64,000 nt of DNA, taken from the NCBI GenBank assembly GCA_964016885.1, contig OZ024750.1:33728001-33792000 (forward strand). Reading direction: 5' to 3'. The translations under genes were made by a program, and so were the position numbers. The first letter of the stretch is position 1. Every line of letters begins with the position of its first letter. Source of the DNA: Eledone cirrhosa (lineage: Eukaryota). Positions 23,370-35,730 of this stretch are shown in pieces. Under the pieces are notes generated by a model, which was not told the origin of the DNA, made no database searches, and worked only from the letters and a program-made list of their open reading frames with translations.

Positions 23370-26300
23370 AAATCTCCCAAGAATAACTTTAAATCTCCCA
23401 TGAATACCTTTAAATCTCCCAATGAATACCTTTAAATCTTCCATGAATACCTTTAAATCTCCCAATGAATACCTTTAAATCTTCCATGAATTCCTTTAAA
23501 TCTCCCAATGAATACCTTTAAATCTTCCATGAATTTCTTTAAATCTCCCAATGAATACCTTTAAATCTTCCATGAATACCTTTAAATCTTCCATGAATAC
23601 CTTTAAATCTTCCATGAATACCTTTAAATCTTCCATGAATACCTTTAAATCTTCCATGAATACCTTTAAATCTCCCAATGAATACCTTTAAATCTTCCAT
23701 GAATACCTTTAAATCTTCCATGAATACCTTTAAATCTTCCATGAATTCCTTTAAATCTCCCAATGAATACCTTTAAATCTTCCATGAATTTCTTTAAATC
23801 TCCCAATGAATACCTTTAAATATTCCATGAATTCCTTTAAATATTCCATGAATTTCTTTAAATCTCCCAATGAATACCTTTAAATCTCCCAATGAATACC
23901 TTTAAATATTCCATGAATACCTTTAAATATTCCATGAATTCCTTTAAATATTCCATGAATTCCTTTAAATCGTCCATGAATACCTTTAAATCTCCCAATG
24001 AATACCTTTAAATCTCCCAATGAATGCCTTTAAATCTTCCATGAATGCCTTTAAATCGTCCATGAATGCCTTTAAATCTTCCATGAATGCCTTTAAATCG
24101 TCCATGAATGCCTTTAAATCTTCCATGAATGCCTTTAAATCTTCCATGAATACCTTTAAATCTTCCATGAATACCTTTAAATCTTCCATGAATAACTTTA
24201 AATCTCCCAATGAATACCTTTAAATCTTCCATGAATACCTTTAAATCTTCCATGAATACCTTTAAATCTTCCATGAATAACTTTAAATCTCCCAATGAAT
24301 ACCTTTAAATCTTCCATGAATACCTTTAAATCTTCCATGAATACCTTTAAATCTCCCAATGAATACCTTTAAATCTCCCAATGAATACCTTTAAATCTCC
24401 CAATGAATGCCTTTAAATCTCCCAATGAATACCTTTAAATATTCCATGAATAACTTTAAATCTCCCAATGAATTCCTTTAAATCTCCCAATGAATACCTT
24501 TAAATCTCCCAATGAATACCTTTAAATCTCCCAATGAATTCCTTTAAATCTCCCAATGAATACCTTTAAATATTCCATGAATAACTTTAAATCTCCCAAT
24601 GAATTCCTTTAAATCTTCCATGAATGCCTTTAAATCGTCCATGAATACCTTTAAATCTCCCAATGAATACCTTTAAATCTCCCAATGAATGCCTTTAAAT
24701 CTTCCATGAATGCCTTTAAATCGTCCATGAATGCCTTTAAATCTTCCATGAATGCCTTTAAATCGTCCATGAATGCCTTTAAATCTCCCAATGAATACCT
24801 TTAAATATTCCATGAATTCCTTTAAATCTTCCATGAATGCCTTTAAATATTCCATGAATACCTTTAAATCTTCCATGAATACCTTTAAATCTCCCAATGA
24901 ATACCTTTAAATATTCCATGAATTCCTTTAAATCTTCCATGAATTCCTTTAAATCTTCCATGAATGCCTTTAAATCTTCCATGAATACCTTTAAATCTTC
25001 CATGAATGCCTTTAAATCTTCCATGAATTCCTTTAAATCTTCCATGAATGCCTTTAAATCTTCCATGAATACCTTTAAATCTCCCAATGAATACCTTTAA
25101 ATATTCCATGAATTCCTTTAAATCTTCCATGAATTCCTTTAAATCTTCCATGAATGCCTTTAAATCTTCCATGAATACCTTTAAATCGTCCATGAATACC
25201 TTTAAATCTCCCAATGAATACCTTTAAATCTCCCAATGAATGCCTTTAAATCTTCCATGAATGCCTTTAAATCGTCCATGAATGCCTTTAAATCTTCCAT
25301 GAATGCCTTTAAATCGTCCATGAATGCCTTTAAATCTTCCATGAATGCCTTTAAATCTTCCATGAATGCCTTTAAATCTTCCATGAATGCCTTTAAATCG
25401 TCCATGAATGCCTTTAAATCTTCCATGAATGCCTTTAAATCGTCCATGAATGCCTTTAAATCTTCCATGAATGCCTTTAAATCGTCCATGAATGCCTTTA
25501 AATCTTCCATGAATGCCTTTAAATCTTCCATGAATGCCTTTAAATCTTCCATGAATGCCTTTAAATCTTCCATGAATGCCTTTAAATCGTCCATGAATGC
25601 CTTTAAATCTTCCATGAATGCCTTTAAATCGTCCATGAATGCCTTTAAATCTTCCATGAATGCCTTTAAATCTTCCATGAATACCTTTAAATCTTCCATG
25701 AATACCTTTAAATCTTCCATGAATTCCTTTAAATCTCCCAATGAATACCTTTAAATATTCCATGAATTCCTTTAAATCTTCCATGAATGCCTTTAAATCT
25801 TCCATGAATGCCTTTAAATCGTCCATGAATGCCTTTAAATCTTCCATGAATGCCTTTAAATCTTCCATGAATACCTTTAAATCTTCCATGAATAACTTTA
25901 AATCTCCCAATGAATACCTTTAAATCTCCCAATGAATACCTTTAAATATTCCATGAATTCCTTTAAATCTTCCATGAATGCCTTTAAATCGTCCATGAAT
26001 ACCTTTAAATCTCCCAATGAATACCTTTAAATCTCCCAATGAATGCCTTTAAATCTTCCATGAATGCCTTTAAATCGTCCATGAATGCCTTTAAATCTTC
26101 CATGAATGCCTTTAAATCGTCCATGAATGCCTTTAAATCGTCCATGAATGCCTTTAAATCTTCCATGAATGCCTTTAAATCTTCCATGAATGCCTTTAAA
26201 TCGTCCATGAATGCCTTTAAATCTTCCATGAATGCCTTTAAATCGTCCATGAATGCCTTTAAATCTTCCATGAATGCCTTTAAATCGTCCATGAATGCCT

Positions 26301-26780
26301 TTAAATCTTCCATGAATGCCTTTAAATCTTCCATGAATGCCTTTAAATCTTCCATGAATGCCTTTAAATCTTCCATGAATGCCTTTAAATCGTCCATGAA
26401 TGCCTTTAAATCTTCCATGAATGCCTTTAAATCTTCCATGAATGCCTTTAAATCTTCCATGAATGCCTTTAAATCTGCCATGAATATATTTAAATCTCCA
26501 GTGAATATCTATAAATCTCATGTGAATAGCTTTAAATATCATGTGAATAGCTTTAAATCTTGTGTGAATATATTTAAATCTCTTGTGAACATATCTAAAT
26601 CTCTTGTGAATATATCTAAATCTCTTGTAAATATATTTAAATCTTGTGTGAATATATTCCTATCTTCCATCACTATCTTTAAATATCCTACAAATATCTA
26701 AATCTCCCATGAATATACTTAAATATCACTTGAATTGATGTAAATCTCCCATAAGTATATTTAAATCTACCACATATATC
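23370..26780. repeat. 21/22-bp minisatellite (CCATGAATRCCTTTAAATCTT) in intron 2
   Basis: Seen directly. Decays towards the 3' end. Confidence 0.97.
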
Positions 26781-27459
26781 TGTAAATTTCTCATGGATAT
26801 CTTTAAGCCTTTAGCATTTAAACCGACCATATCCAGCCAGAATTCTCTCACCTCTTCAAACTGGCCATAACTGGCCCCTCATATAGACTTTAAGATATTG
26901 TTCTCAAAATAAATAACATCAAAATCTCATAGATTCGATATTATATGAGATAATTATGTGAGATAAAGCCTTTTCTGTGAAAATACAATAGTAAATATAG
27001 AGTAATGTAAATGCTGAAGGGTTAAATCTCCCATGAATACCTTTAAATCTCCAGTGAATATATTTAAATCTCCCACAAATATCTTTAAATCTCTAGTGGA
27101 TATCTTTAAATTTGATAAGCATATCTAAAGTCTGTTAAATATTAGATAGCCTTATACAGACAGAACTCCTTAAGATACTTAACAAAGCTAGGTTTAGTTC
27201 CAGCAACATAAACTCCCATTTGGAACTGGTGTGTGTTGTGACTCAATCTTTCTATGAGACACCTTTTCTTTAGAGATTCTCTAATATGATCATGTGATCT
27301 TTTACCCTTACTTACTTAAAGGTAAATCATTACCATTTCTCGGGTCAGACTTTCACCTTCTGAGGTCCTAAACTATATGAAATTTGAGGCCGTTTACTAA
27401 AAAGAATTTAAAGTTTTTATTCATGGTTAATATTTTTTATGTTAATGTTAATGATAAAG

Positions 27460-27556
<97 letters not shown>

Positions 27557-27820
27557 TTGAGTCCCAGACGGCTGAGCTCTTGCTGTTTCAAGAGCTAGTT
27601 ATTATAACAATGATAGTACATATACTATCATTGTTATAATAATTTTAAAAAGGGGATATATATATAAACATGTGTTGGTAAATATTAATGTTATTTAATA
27701 TATTCTGAAGAGATTAACATAGCAAAAATGACTATTCCTGCTATGTTAATTGAAACATTCCTCAATCAATTAAATTATTTTATTTTATTTAAATCCTGGT
27801 TATTTTTGTTAGTTTATATA

Positions 27821-27878
<58 letters not shown>

Positions 27879-27912
27879 TAACAAATGGAAACTATATTTA
27901 TAAAACCATATT

Positions 27913-27977
27913 TATTTCATTATACATATTTCAAGGACACCAAGTTAAATTATGGTGTGCTTTCATCAGATAAAATA
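27913..27977 (-). ncRNA. Minimal hammerhead ribozyme, family II (left arm of palindrome)
   Basis: Reverse complement of 28110-28174. Confidence 0.8.
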
Positions 27978-28109
27978 TAATATAGAGCAGTTTTATATAT
28001 AAATATTGACATACCCTTAAAGAATGCGACCATTTCTGTTGGAAGCTCCCGAAATGGTCGCATTCTTTAAGGGTATGTCAATATTTATTTATAAAACTGC
28101 TCTATATTA

Positions 28110-28174
28110 TATTTTATCTGATGAAAGCACACCATAATTTAACTTGGTGTCCTTGAAATATGTATAATGAAATA
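28110..28174 (+). ncRNA. Minimal hammerhead ribozyme, family II (crystallin intron 2, sense)
   Basis: TATTTTAT-CTGATGA-AAGCACACCA-taatttaact-TGGTGTCCTT-GAAA-TATGTA-TA^ATGAAATA. Confidence 0.82.
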
Positions 28175-28310
28175 AATATGGTTTTATAAATATAGTTTCC
28201 ATTTGTTAATATATTGTTTTTACTCCAATAATTTGTTGAGTGCTTTATATCAGTTATAAAAATATTTGCTTGTTGTATCCCAACAATTTAAATAGAACTT
28301 ATACATATAT

Positions 28311-28651
28311 CATTTTCATTTCATTTCATTTTACGTCCGCTTTTCCCTGCTTGCAAGGGTGGGACGGGAACTGATTCTGGCTTGATTTCTACAGCTGGAT
28401 GCCCATCCTAACACCAACCTCATTTACAGTGAGTGCTGGGTGCTTTTTTGCCGTGGCACCTCTACGACCACTTTACAGTGGAATGATAGGGACCTCAGTC
28501 CCTATCATCTCATTTCTACAGCTGAGTAAACTGGAGCAATGTGAAATAAAGTGTCTTGCTCAAGGAAACAACACATCACCCGGTCTGAGAATTGAACTCA
28601 CAACCTTTCGATTGCAAGGCCAATGCTCTAACCGCTAAGCCATGTGCCTCC
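28311..28651 (-). mobile_element. SINE B
   Basis: Full-length copy. Confidence 0.85.
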
Positions 28652-28917
28652 ATATATATATATATAGTTATATTTGGGGAGAGTCATATTGTTATAATAT
28701 TGCCAGAAATATATAATAAAACACAGTCACTATTTGGTTTGGGTTTGGGTTGGTTTTCGCTTCCGTATATTTTATATCCCTATAGTTAATTTAGTTGGCA
28801 ATCAATGTTTATCATTGATTGACCAATGGTTAAAAATATAGATATAAATATAAATATATAGTCTCTCAGAGTTCTTTATATCTTATTGTAATGTTTACTT
28901 ATATTATATATATATGT

Positions 28918-29410
28918 GTAAGTTACCTACAGTAACCTACAGTATATATATATTAGTATGTATATATATAAGTAACTTACAGTATATATATATATATATA
29001 TTAGTATGCATATATATAAGTAACTTACAGTATATATATATATATATATATATTAATATGTATATATATAAGTAACTTACAGTATATATATATTAGTACG
29101 TATATATATATAAGTAACTTACAGTACATATATATATATTAGTATGTATATATATAAGTAACTTACAGTATATATATATTAGTATGTATATATATAAGTA
29201 ACTTACAGTATATATAAATATATATATTAGTATGTATATATATATAAGTAACTTACATACATATATAAATATATATATTAGTATGTATATATATAAGTAA
29301 CTTACAGTATATATATATATATATATTAGTATGTATATATATATAAGTAACTTACAGTATATATAAATAAATATATATATTAGTATGTATATATATAAGT
29401 TACTTACGGT
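28918..29410. repeat. AAGTAACTTACAG(TA)nTTAGTATG(TA)n minisatellite
   Basis: Seen directly in the sequence. Confidence 0.9.
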
Positions 29411-29581
29411 AACTTCGCCTTACACTCCCTGGATATATATATACATATATATAAACTTTCTTTTCCCTTCTTAAAACTTTTCATTCTTTCTTTTCTTTTC
29501 TATCAGATTTACTTTTGTTAAATTTATGTTATCTTAATATTTCTCTAAAAAATAACTCCATATTGTCTATTTCTTTAAAAG

Positions 29582-29719
29582 ATGCTGACTTTCCGAATCG
29601 CTCCGATCAGAAATTACCTGAATTTCAACATTGGTTGGTCGTTAACATACCTGGGTGTGATATAAGCCGAGGAGATATTTTGACTGATTATATTGGACCC
29701 ATGCCAAATAAAGGCACAG
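29582..29719 (+). CDS. PEBP: O-crystallin / PEBP-family protein, exon 3 (DADFPNRSDQKLPEFQHWLVVNIPGCDISRGDILTDYIGPMPNKGT)
   Basis: TTTAAAAG acceptor and GTAAAT donor, both phase 1. Contains the PEBP DxDxP and HWLVVNIPG motifs. Confidence 0.96.
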
Positions 29720-29947
29720 GTAAATATCTTTATTTTATAATATACCATATATACTCAAATATAAGCCGACCTCATATTTTATGTCTAAGAAAAGGGCAAA
29801 AACTTCAAACTCTGTTTATCAGCCAAGGCAGGTAAATAATACATTATGTTTAGATGGCGTGGTTTTGAAATTTTTGTGAAGTTTTAATATTTTGATATTT
29901 AAAATATTCTCATTTTGTCTGATTTTTTAATGTTTTTTTTCTCTATA

Positions 29948-30340
29948 TCATCATCATCATCATCATAATCCTCATCATCATCATCGTTTAACGTCCATAT
30001 TCTACGCTTGCATGGGTTTGGACGGGAGTTTTCCCACTTGAGGCAAGAGTGGTTGTCTTGCTCGCATAGGACTCTCTGGCGGGTTTTCTACGGCTGGATG
30101 CCCTTCCTAACACCAACCACGTTTACAGTGTGGACTGGGAGGTTTTTACCGTGTTACCTACACGGCCACATTACAGCGTGGACTGCGTGTTGTTTTGTCG
30201 TGACACCTACACGACCTCATTTGTTTCGGGCTACCAACATAACTTTACATTGAAAGGGGTGGTGTGGATGGGGTGGGGGTAGTGGAACGTGGGTGTATTT
30301 TTGTTAGAGGTGCCTACTGACTGTAGTAGGTTTTACTTTA
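29948..30340 (-). mobile_element. RTE LINE 3' UTR fragment
   Basis: Closely matches 13938-14325, including the (ATG)n tail. Confidence 0.85.
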
Positions 30341-30734
30341 TATTTATATATTTTACAAAGCTGTTTATTACAAACACAAAACACTAGTAAAGGGGATAAA
30401 AGAAAGGAGAATAAAAAGGAAATAGGATCAAGCAATGAAAGAAAGGGAAAGTGGGAAGGAGGGAGGGAGGGGTCAGTCGCTACACACCAGACTGAGCGGT
30501 GCCTCAGCCATGCTCCACAGGCAAAACGGCAAAATCATTATTATGGAGCATGGCCAGAGACACCCGCTGCTACTGCCACTCCACCTCACAAAACCCCCTC
30601 CTCAAGTGTGCCCCCATCTCGTCATTATCTGATAGTCTACCAATTCTACCAATCCCCACCTCCCCCAACTCACAGGATTCCCTCCTCAAGTGTGCCACCA
30701 TCTCCACCAGTCTCCTAATATTAAGTTCTCATCA

Positions 30735-30915
30735 ATTGTTTCTACTTTTGGCACAAGGCCAGCAATTATCCCAGTGTATTACTGGTACTTTATTTTATCA
30801 ACCCTGTAAGGATGAAAGGCAAAATTAACCTCGGCGGGATTTGAACTCAGACCATAAAGGGCCGTAACTTTTTGCTGCAAAGCATGGCGTCCGACTCTCT
30901 ACCGATATTGCCAAT
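30735..30915 (-). mobile_element. SINE A
   Basis: Matches the family consensus. Confidence 0.8.
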
Positions 30916-31116
30916 TATCAATATAATATTTACGAGATACAATATTCTTTTTTGAAATGGAAATCAATCATGTGACTGGATTCTTTCTTATTACAAGAAG
31001 CCATTTTGGAATTCCTGTCAATTATTCTTGTATTGTTCAAATCAATTTATGTATTTAAATATTACACAAGATTATTTCGTTTTATATCTACTCTTTTGTC
31101 TTGAAACTTTACAGCA

Positions 31117-31156
<40 letters not shown>

Positions 31157-32063
31157 CATATATATCTCACACTAAACAACAATCTCTCTCTCTCTCTCTA
31201 AACAACAATTCCTCTCTCCCCTTTATCTCTCTCACTCTCTGCCTCTCTCTCTCTTTCTCACTCTCTGACTCTGTCTCTCTCCCTCTCTCTAAACAATAAT
31301 CTCTCTCCCTCTCTCTAAACAACGATCTCCCCCCACCCTCTCTATAAAATATTGATCTTTAATTAATCACATCTTCCCATTGTTCATCTTCCATGTCATT
31401 GCATCATCTCTTAAATTACTATTTAATTCTCTAATATCCAATAAGATTTATATCTTACAATACAAATGTATTACTAATGTAATATTAGTAGATACTTGTA
31501 ACTATTTATAATAGCCATGTCTAATTCAAATTTAGACTTAAAGGAGAACTGTTTATTATGTATAAAAGGATAAAGATCTTATAACTCCTTGTGGAATCAT
31601 AGAGGCACTGTCATACAGCGTGTCTAGGGCATGTTTAAGCCTGGCGGAGCCCAACCCTCTCCAGGTCTGAACACAGTCAATTTTTTTCTATAGAGCAAGA
31701 ATTGACCCAGTACTGGACTGGTACTTTTTTTATCAACCTCGAAAGAATGAAAGGCAAAGTTGACCACGGCGGGATTTGAACTCAAAGAGCACAATGAGGT
31801 GTGACAAATACCGTAAAGTATTCTATCCGATGCCTTAATGACCCTACCAATTCACCACCCTCTTATTATGCATAATATAATAGAAATTGAAAGCCATAAT
31901 CAATGTGTATAAACAGCTATAATGTATTGTATTGGGTTTAACTCTTTAGCATTTAAACCAGCCATATCCACCCAGAATTCTCTCACCTCTTTCTGTTCAA
32001 ACTGGCCATAATTGACTACTCATACTTATGTTAAGCATTTTTTTCAAAATAAATAATATATAT

Positions 32064-32409
32064 GGAGGCACATGGCTTAGTGGTTAGAGCATTAGCCTTG
32101 CAATCGAAAGGTTGTGAGTTCAATTCTCAGACCGGGCGATGTGTTGTTTCCTTGAGCAAGACACTTTATTTCACATTGCTCCAGTTTACTCAGCTGTAGA
32201 AATGAGATGACAGGGACTGGGGTCCATATCATTCCACTGTAAAGTGGACGTGTAGGTGCCACGGCAAAAAAGCACCCAGCACTCACTGTAAATGAGGTTG
32301 GTGTTAGGAAGGGCATCCAGCTGTAGAAATCAAGCCAGAATCAGTTTCCGTCCCACCCTTGCAAGCAGGGAAAAGCGGACGTAAAATGAAATGATGAAAT
32401 GATGATGAT
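32064..32409 (+). mobile_element. SINE B
   Basis: Full-length copy. Confidence 0.85.
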
Positions 32410-32478
32410 ATATATATATATATATATATATAAATATACACACATATATATATACATACGATATTAACAAATGGAAAC

Positions 32479-32533
<55 letters not shown>

Positions 32534-32758
32534 ATATGTCTTGATTCTACGAAGCAGATTTTCCATATATATATATATATATATAATATATATATTTATA
32601 GAGAGAGAGAGAGATTTTGAGTATATGTTGGTTGTATACCAACACCTCAGTATGCAGGCTGGAGCACTCGAAGTGCGCAGGTTGGTTTGGTTACTCCGGA
32701 GTAATGTAAAATAAAGTAAAATAAAAAGTCAAATGTTTAAAATTTAGCTTCGTTTATT

Positions 32759-32813
32759 ACTGCTATATATATTTCGGTGACAGCCATCTTTGGCTGTGAC
32801 CTCTTCAGGAAGT
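32759..32813 (-). ncRNA. Minimal hammerhead ribozyme, family III (left arm)
   Basis: Reverse complement of 32918-32972 with one stem I mismatch. Confidence 0.75.
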
Positions 32814-32917
32814 TCCTCAGTGAAATAACAACCCAACCAGGAACTGGGCATATCAGAGTATTGACAAAATTATACACCTCAACAACATATGTACTTGTCT
32901 ATACCACACTAATTCGG

Positions 32918-32972
32918 ACTGCCTGAAGAGGTCACAGCCAAAGATGGCTGTCACCGAAATATATATAGCAGT
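32918..32972 (+). ncRNA. Minimal hammerhead ribozyme, family III (crystallin intron 3, sense)
   Basis: ACTGC-CTGAAGA-GGTCACAGCCA-aaga-TGGCTGTCACC-GAAA-TATATA-TA^GCAGT, followed by AATAAA. Confidence 0.87.
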
Positions 32973-33435
32973 AATAAACGAAACTAAATTTTAAACATTT
33001 GACTTTTTATTTTACTTAATTTTACTTTATTTTATATATATATATATATATATATAAATCTGCTTCGTAGAATCAAAACGTATCTGTGGACCTTGCAATT
33101 TTCAGAGTCAGGTTCGATCATACCTCGAGCGTGTCACCAGAGAAACGATTATAATATGTCCAATAAATTCCATTCGTCGCAACACTGATTCTCTTGTTTT
33201 TGTGATATCATACTCTGCTCTGTGAGAGCATCGAGTGCTCAAATGGCCTACCGCATATGGACGCTCTAAGCATCCAACACCAATTATTTATATATATATT
33301 GTTATGCTTTGGGAGGGTCATGTTGCCAATAAGAAACACACGCACCAGTTGCTTTCACTCCAATTTATTATAAATTAAATTTATAAATTTCTGGTTGGTT
33401 GGTTGGTTCCACAACCGGACGGTTGTTCATATATT

Positions 33436-33478
33436 GTCAAAATTCTTTCGTCACACATTCTGTGACATCTTCAGTGAC
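33436..33478 (-). ncRNA. Minimal hammerhead motif, family IV (left arm)
   Basis: Reverse complement of 33572-33614 with one change. Confidence 0.6.
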
Positions 33479-33571
33479 TGGGGATTCTTTTCTTTGTTTT
33501 TGTGCCTCTCCTTTGTTCTGTCCTACGCCATCTTGTTTGGAGAGGCACAAAAACAAAGAAAAGAATCCCCA

Positions 33572-33614
33572 GTCACTGAAGATGTCACAGAATGTGTGAC
33601 GAAAGAACTTTGAC
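33572..33614 (+). ncRNA. Minimal hammerhead motif, family IV (crystallin intron 3, sense)
   Basis: GTCA-CTGAAGA-t-GTCACA-gaatg-TGTGAC-GAAA-GAAC-TT^TGAC, with an extra U after the core. Confidence 0.65.
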
Positions 33615-33826
33615 AATATATGAACAACCGTCCGGTTGTGGAACCAACCAACCAACCGGAAATTTATAAATTCTTAAATTTATAAATTTAATTTATAATA
33701 AATTGGAGTGAAAACAACTGGTGCGTCTGTTTCTTATTGGCAACATGACCCTCCCAAAGCATAACAATATCGGTTTCAACACACGTTTTCAGATAAAGAA
33801 TCTTGCTAAACAAATTCAGAAACAAA

Positions 33827-33857
<31 letters not shown>

Positions 33858-34250
33858 TATTAATTTGCAGTGATTTCTCTCTAAGATGGGTTGGCTTCCC
33901 TACAAGTACTACTTGCAATGCTTGGTTCATACTTACACAATATGTGTGGCTATGAAAGACCTGGGACCTACACTGCATGAAGCAATCTTACTACTACACC
34001 ATATAGTCCAGTGGATTAAGAACCTCATCAGACATATAGAAGTTTACATGATATATTACTACACAATGATCCAGTAGATTAGGGACCTCACTACAAATAT
34101 TACTTGCAATGCTTAGTTCCTACTTACACAATATGTGTAGCTGTAAAAACCTGGGACCCACTAGGTCAGCAGTCACCAACTGGTGGTCTGAGAGAAAATT
34201 TTGGTGATCCACAGAAAAATTTGGACATTATTTACAATGTTTATGTTTTA

Positions 34251-35215
34251 TCTATATATATAAAACTGTGGTTGTCTGTCTGTCTATCGATTTTTGGCAC
34301 ACATCTCCTCTTAGAATCTCTCACGGAATTGCACCGAAATTGCTATACTTGTACATTGAGCCCTAGCGAAGACATCGGAAAAAAAATATTTCAAATTGAC
34401 CCACCCTATGTGACGAAATCGAATATAATGTATCGATTTTTCAGCGTAAGTTATCAGTTATTTCCCTTTGTTCTGTTTACATTGAGCGTCTTACGTAAAA
34501 AATTACGCTGGCTTTCTCAGCGTTTAAAATGACAATAACACAATACACGAACAGTTGTCGAGCCAGCAAAATATTGACCTGCAAAATTCATCAGTTCGAA
34601 CACTAAGCTTCCGTTTTGCTTCATTTCCATTTAAAAGCATTTTAAAACAATATTTTTACTTGAAAACAAGTCTATTTAAAGACTACGTAAAACAAGCAAA
34701 TATTTCGTCGTTAGGCGTGCAGACAGACAGTCGTGCAGACAGACAGTCGTGCAGAGAGGTGATATACGCGTGCAGACAGACAGTCGTGCAGAGAGGTGAT
34801 ATAGGCGTGCAGACAGACAGTCGTGCAGAGAGGTGATATAGGCGTGCAGACAGACAGTCGTGCAGAGAGGTGATATACGCGTGCAGACAGACAGTCGTGC
34901 AGAGAGGTGATATAGGCGTGCAGACAGACATAACTGATAATTTGGTTACGCTAATGTTTTTCTCTGCGATCTTTGTTAATAAATAACCAGTGCAGTTTCT
35001 ATCCCCAGCATCCTCTTTTGTTATAACATTCGGGTTATCGTTATGTTTTCTTAACTTCATAAGGCATATTGTTGGTTGAGGGAATATTAATCAAAAACAC
35101 CACATGCAAGTCTGCACAGTAGACACTACAGTTTTTAAGCCAAGAAAGAAACTTAACATTGTAACTTTAACACAGCTACTGAGCGACCCCGAGCAACGCC
35201 GGGCTTTACTGCTAG
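34251..35215 (+). mobile_element. Non-autonomous Helitron
   Basis: Starts TC(TA)n after an A and ends with a GC hairpin CCCGAGCAACGCCGGG + CTAG before a T. No TSD. Internal ~36-bp minisatellite 34715-34930. Confidence 0.75.
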
Positions 35216-35336
35216 TTGATAATAAAACAAAAATATATTTCATAACACCCATAAAAAATGTTTTAATAGGTGCATTTTATATTAATAAAATTGAAGTTCT
35301 CTGGTCATTATTTTACAAATATACTCTTTTACTCTT

Positions 35337-35730
35337 TTACCTGTTCCAGCCATCTGGCTGAGGCCATGCTGGGGCACTTCCCTTGTTGCTACACATTCTA
35401 TCTCCAGCCTGTTTTGGCTGGCCATTGAGGGAGTCCGTTGCTGCTGCCCTTAGGTTACCTTCATACTGTGCTGTGGGCTCATCCGGGATCCTGGATAGCA
35501 GAGTGTCAAGATGTTTCTTGAAAACATCCACACCCATACCATGCAGATCTCTCAAATTTCTTGGCAGCTTTTTAAAGAGTTGAGGGCCTTTGAACCCTAG
35601 ACTATTGCAATATCTGCTCCTTATTCTAGATGTGGAAGACGGGACCTTTGGCACCACACAATGATGTCCTGTTTGGGGGTTGGTCCAGCTCTCAATGACA
35701 AAATTTGGTGCTAGTCCTTCCAGGACTTTC
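35337..35730 (-). mobile_element. CR1/L2-group LINE ORF2 C-terminal fragment
   Basis: NSLGFKGPQLFKKLP...FKKHLDTLLSRIPDEP. Confidence 0.65.

Larger units (their letters stand above)
27872..28300. mobile_element. Fold-back HHR element, family II
   Basis: Near-perfect ~165-bp arms 27872-28036 / 28051-28215, 14-nt loop, tail. Related copy at 38175-38620. Confidence 0.8.
32615..33030. mobile_element. Fold-back HHR element, family III
   Basis: ~100-bp arms 32713-32813 / 32918-33018 with a ~105-bp spacer. Confidence 0.75.
33296..33830. mobile_element. Fold-back HHR element, family IV
   Basis: Arms ~33296-33511 / 33539-33770, 27-nt loop, (TA)n flanks. Decayed single arm at ~46140-46330. Confidence 0.75.

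Noticed and set aside
23496-26701. MEDLKAF / GRFKGIH repeat ORFs
   Set aside because: 21-bp minisatellite with frequent 22-bp frameshifting units, inside an intron.
33395-33655. Mirror-image 72-aa ORFs on both strands
   Set aside because: By-product of the family IV palindrome.
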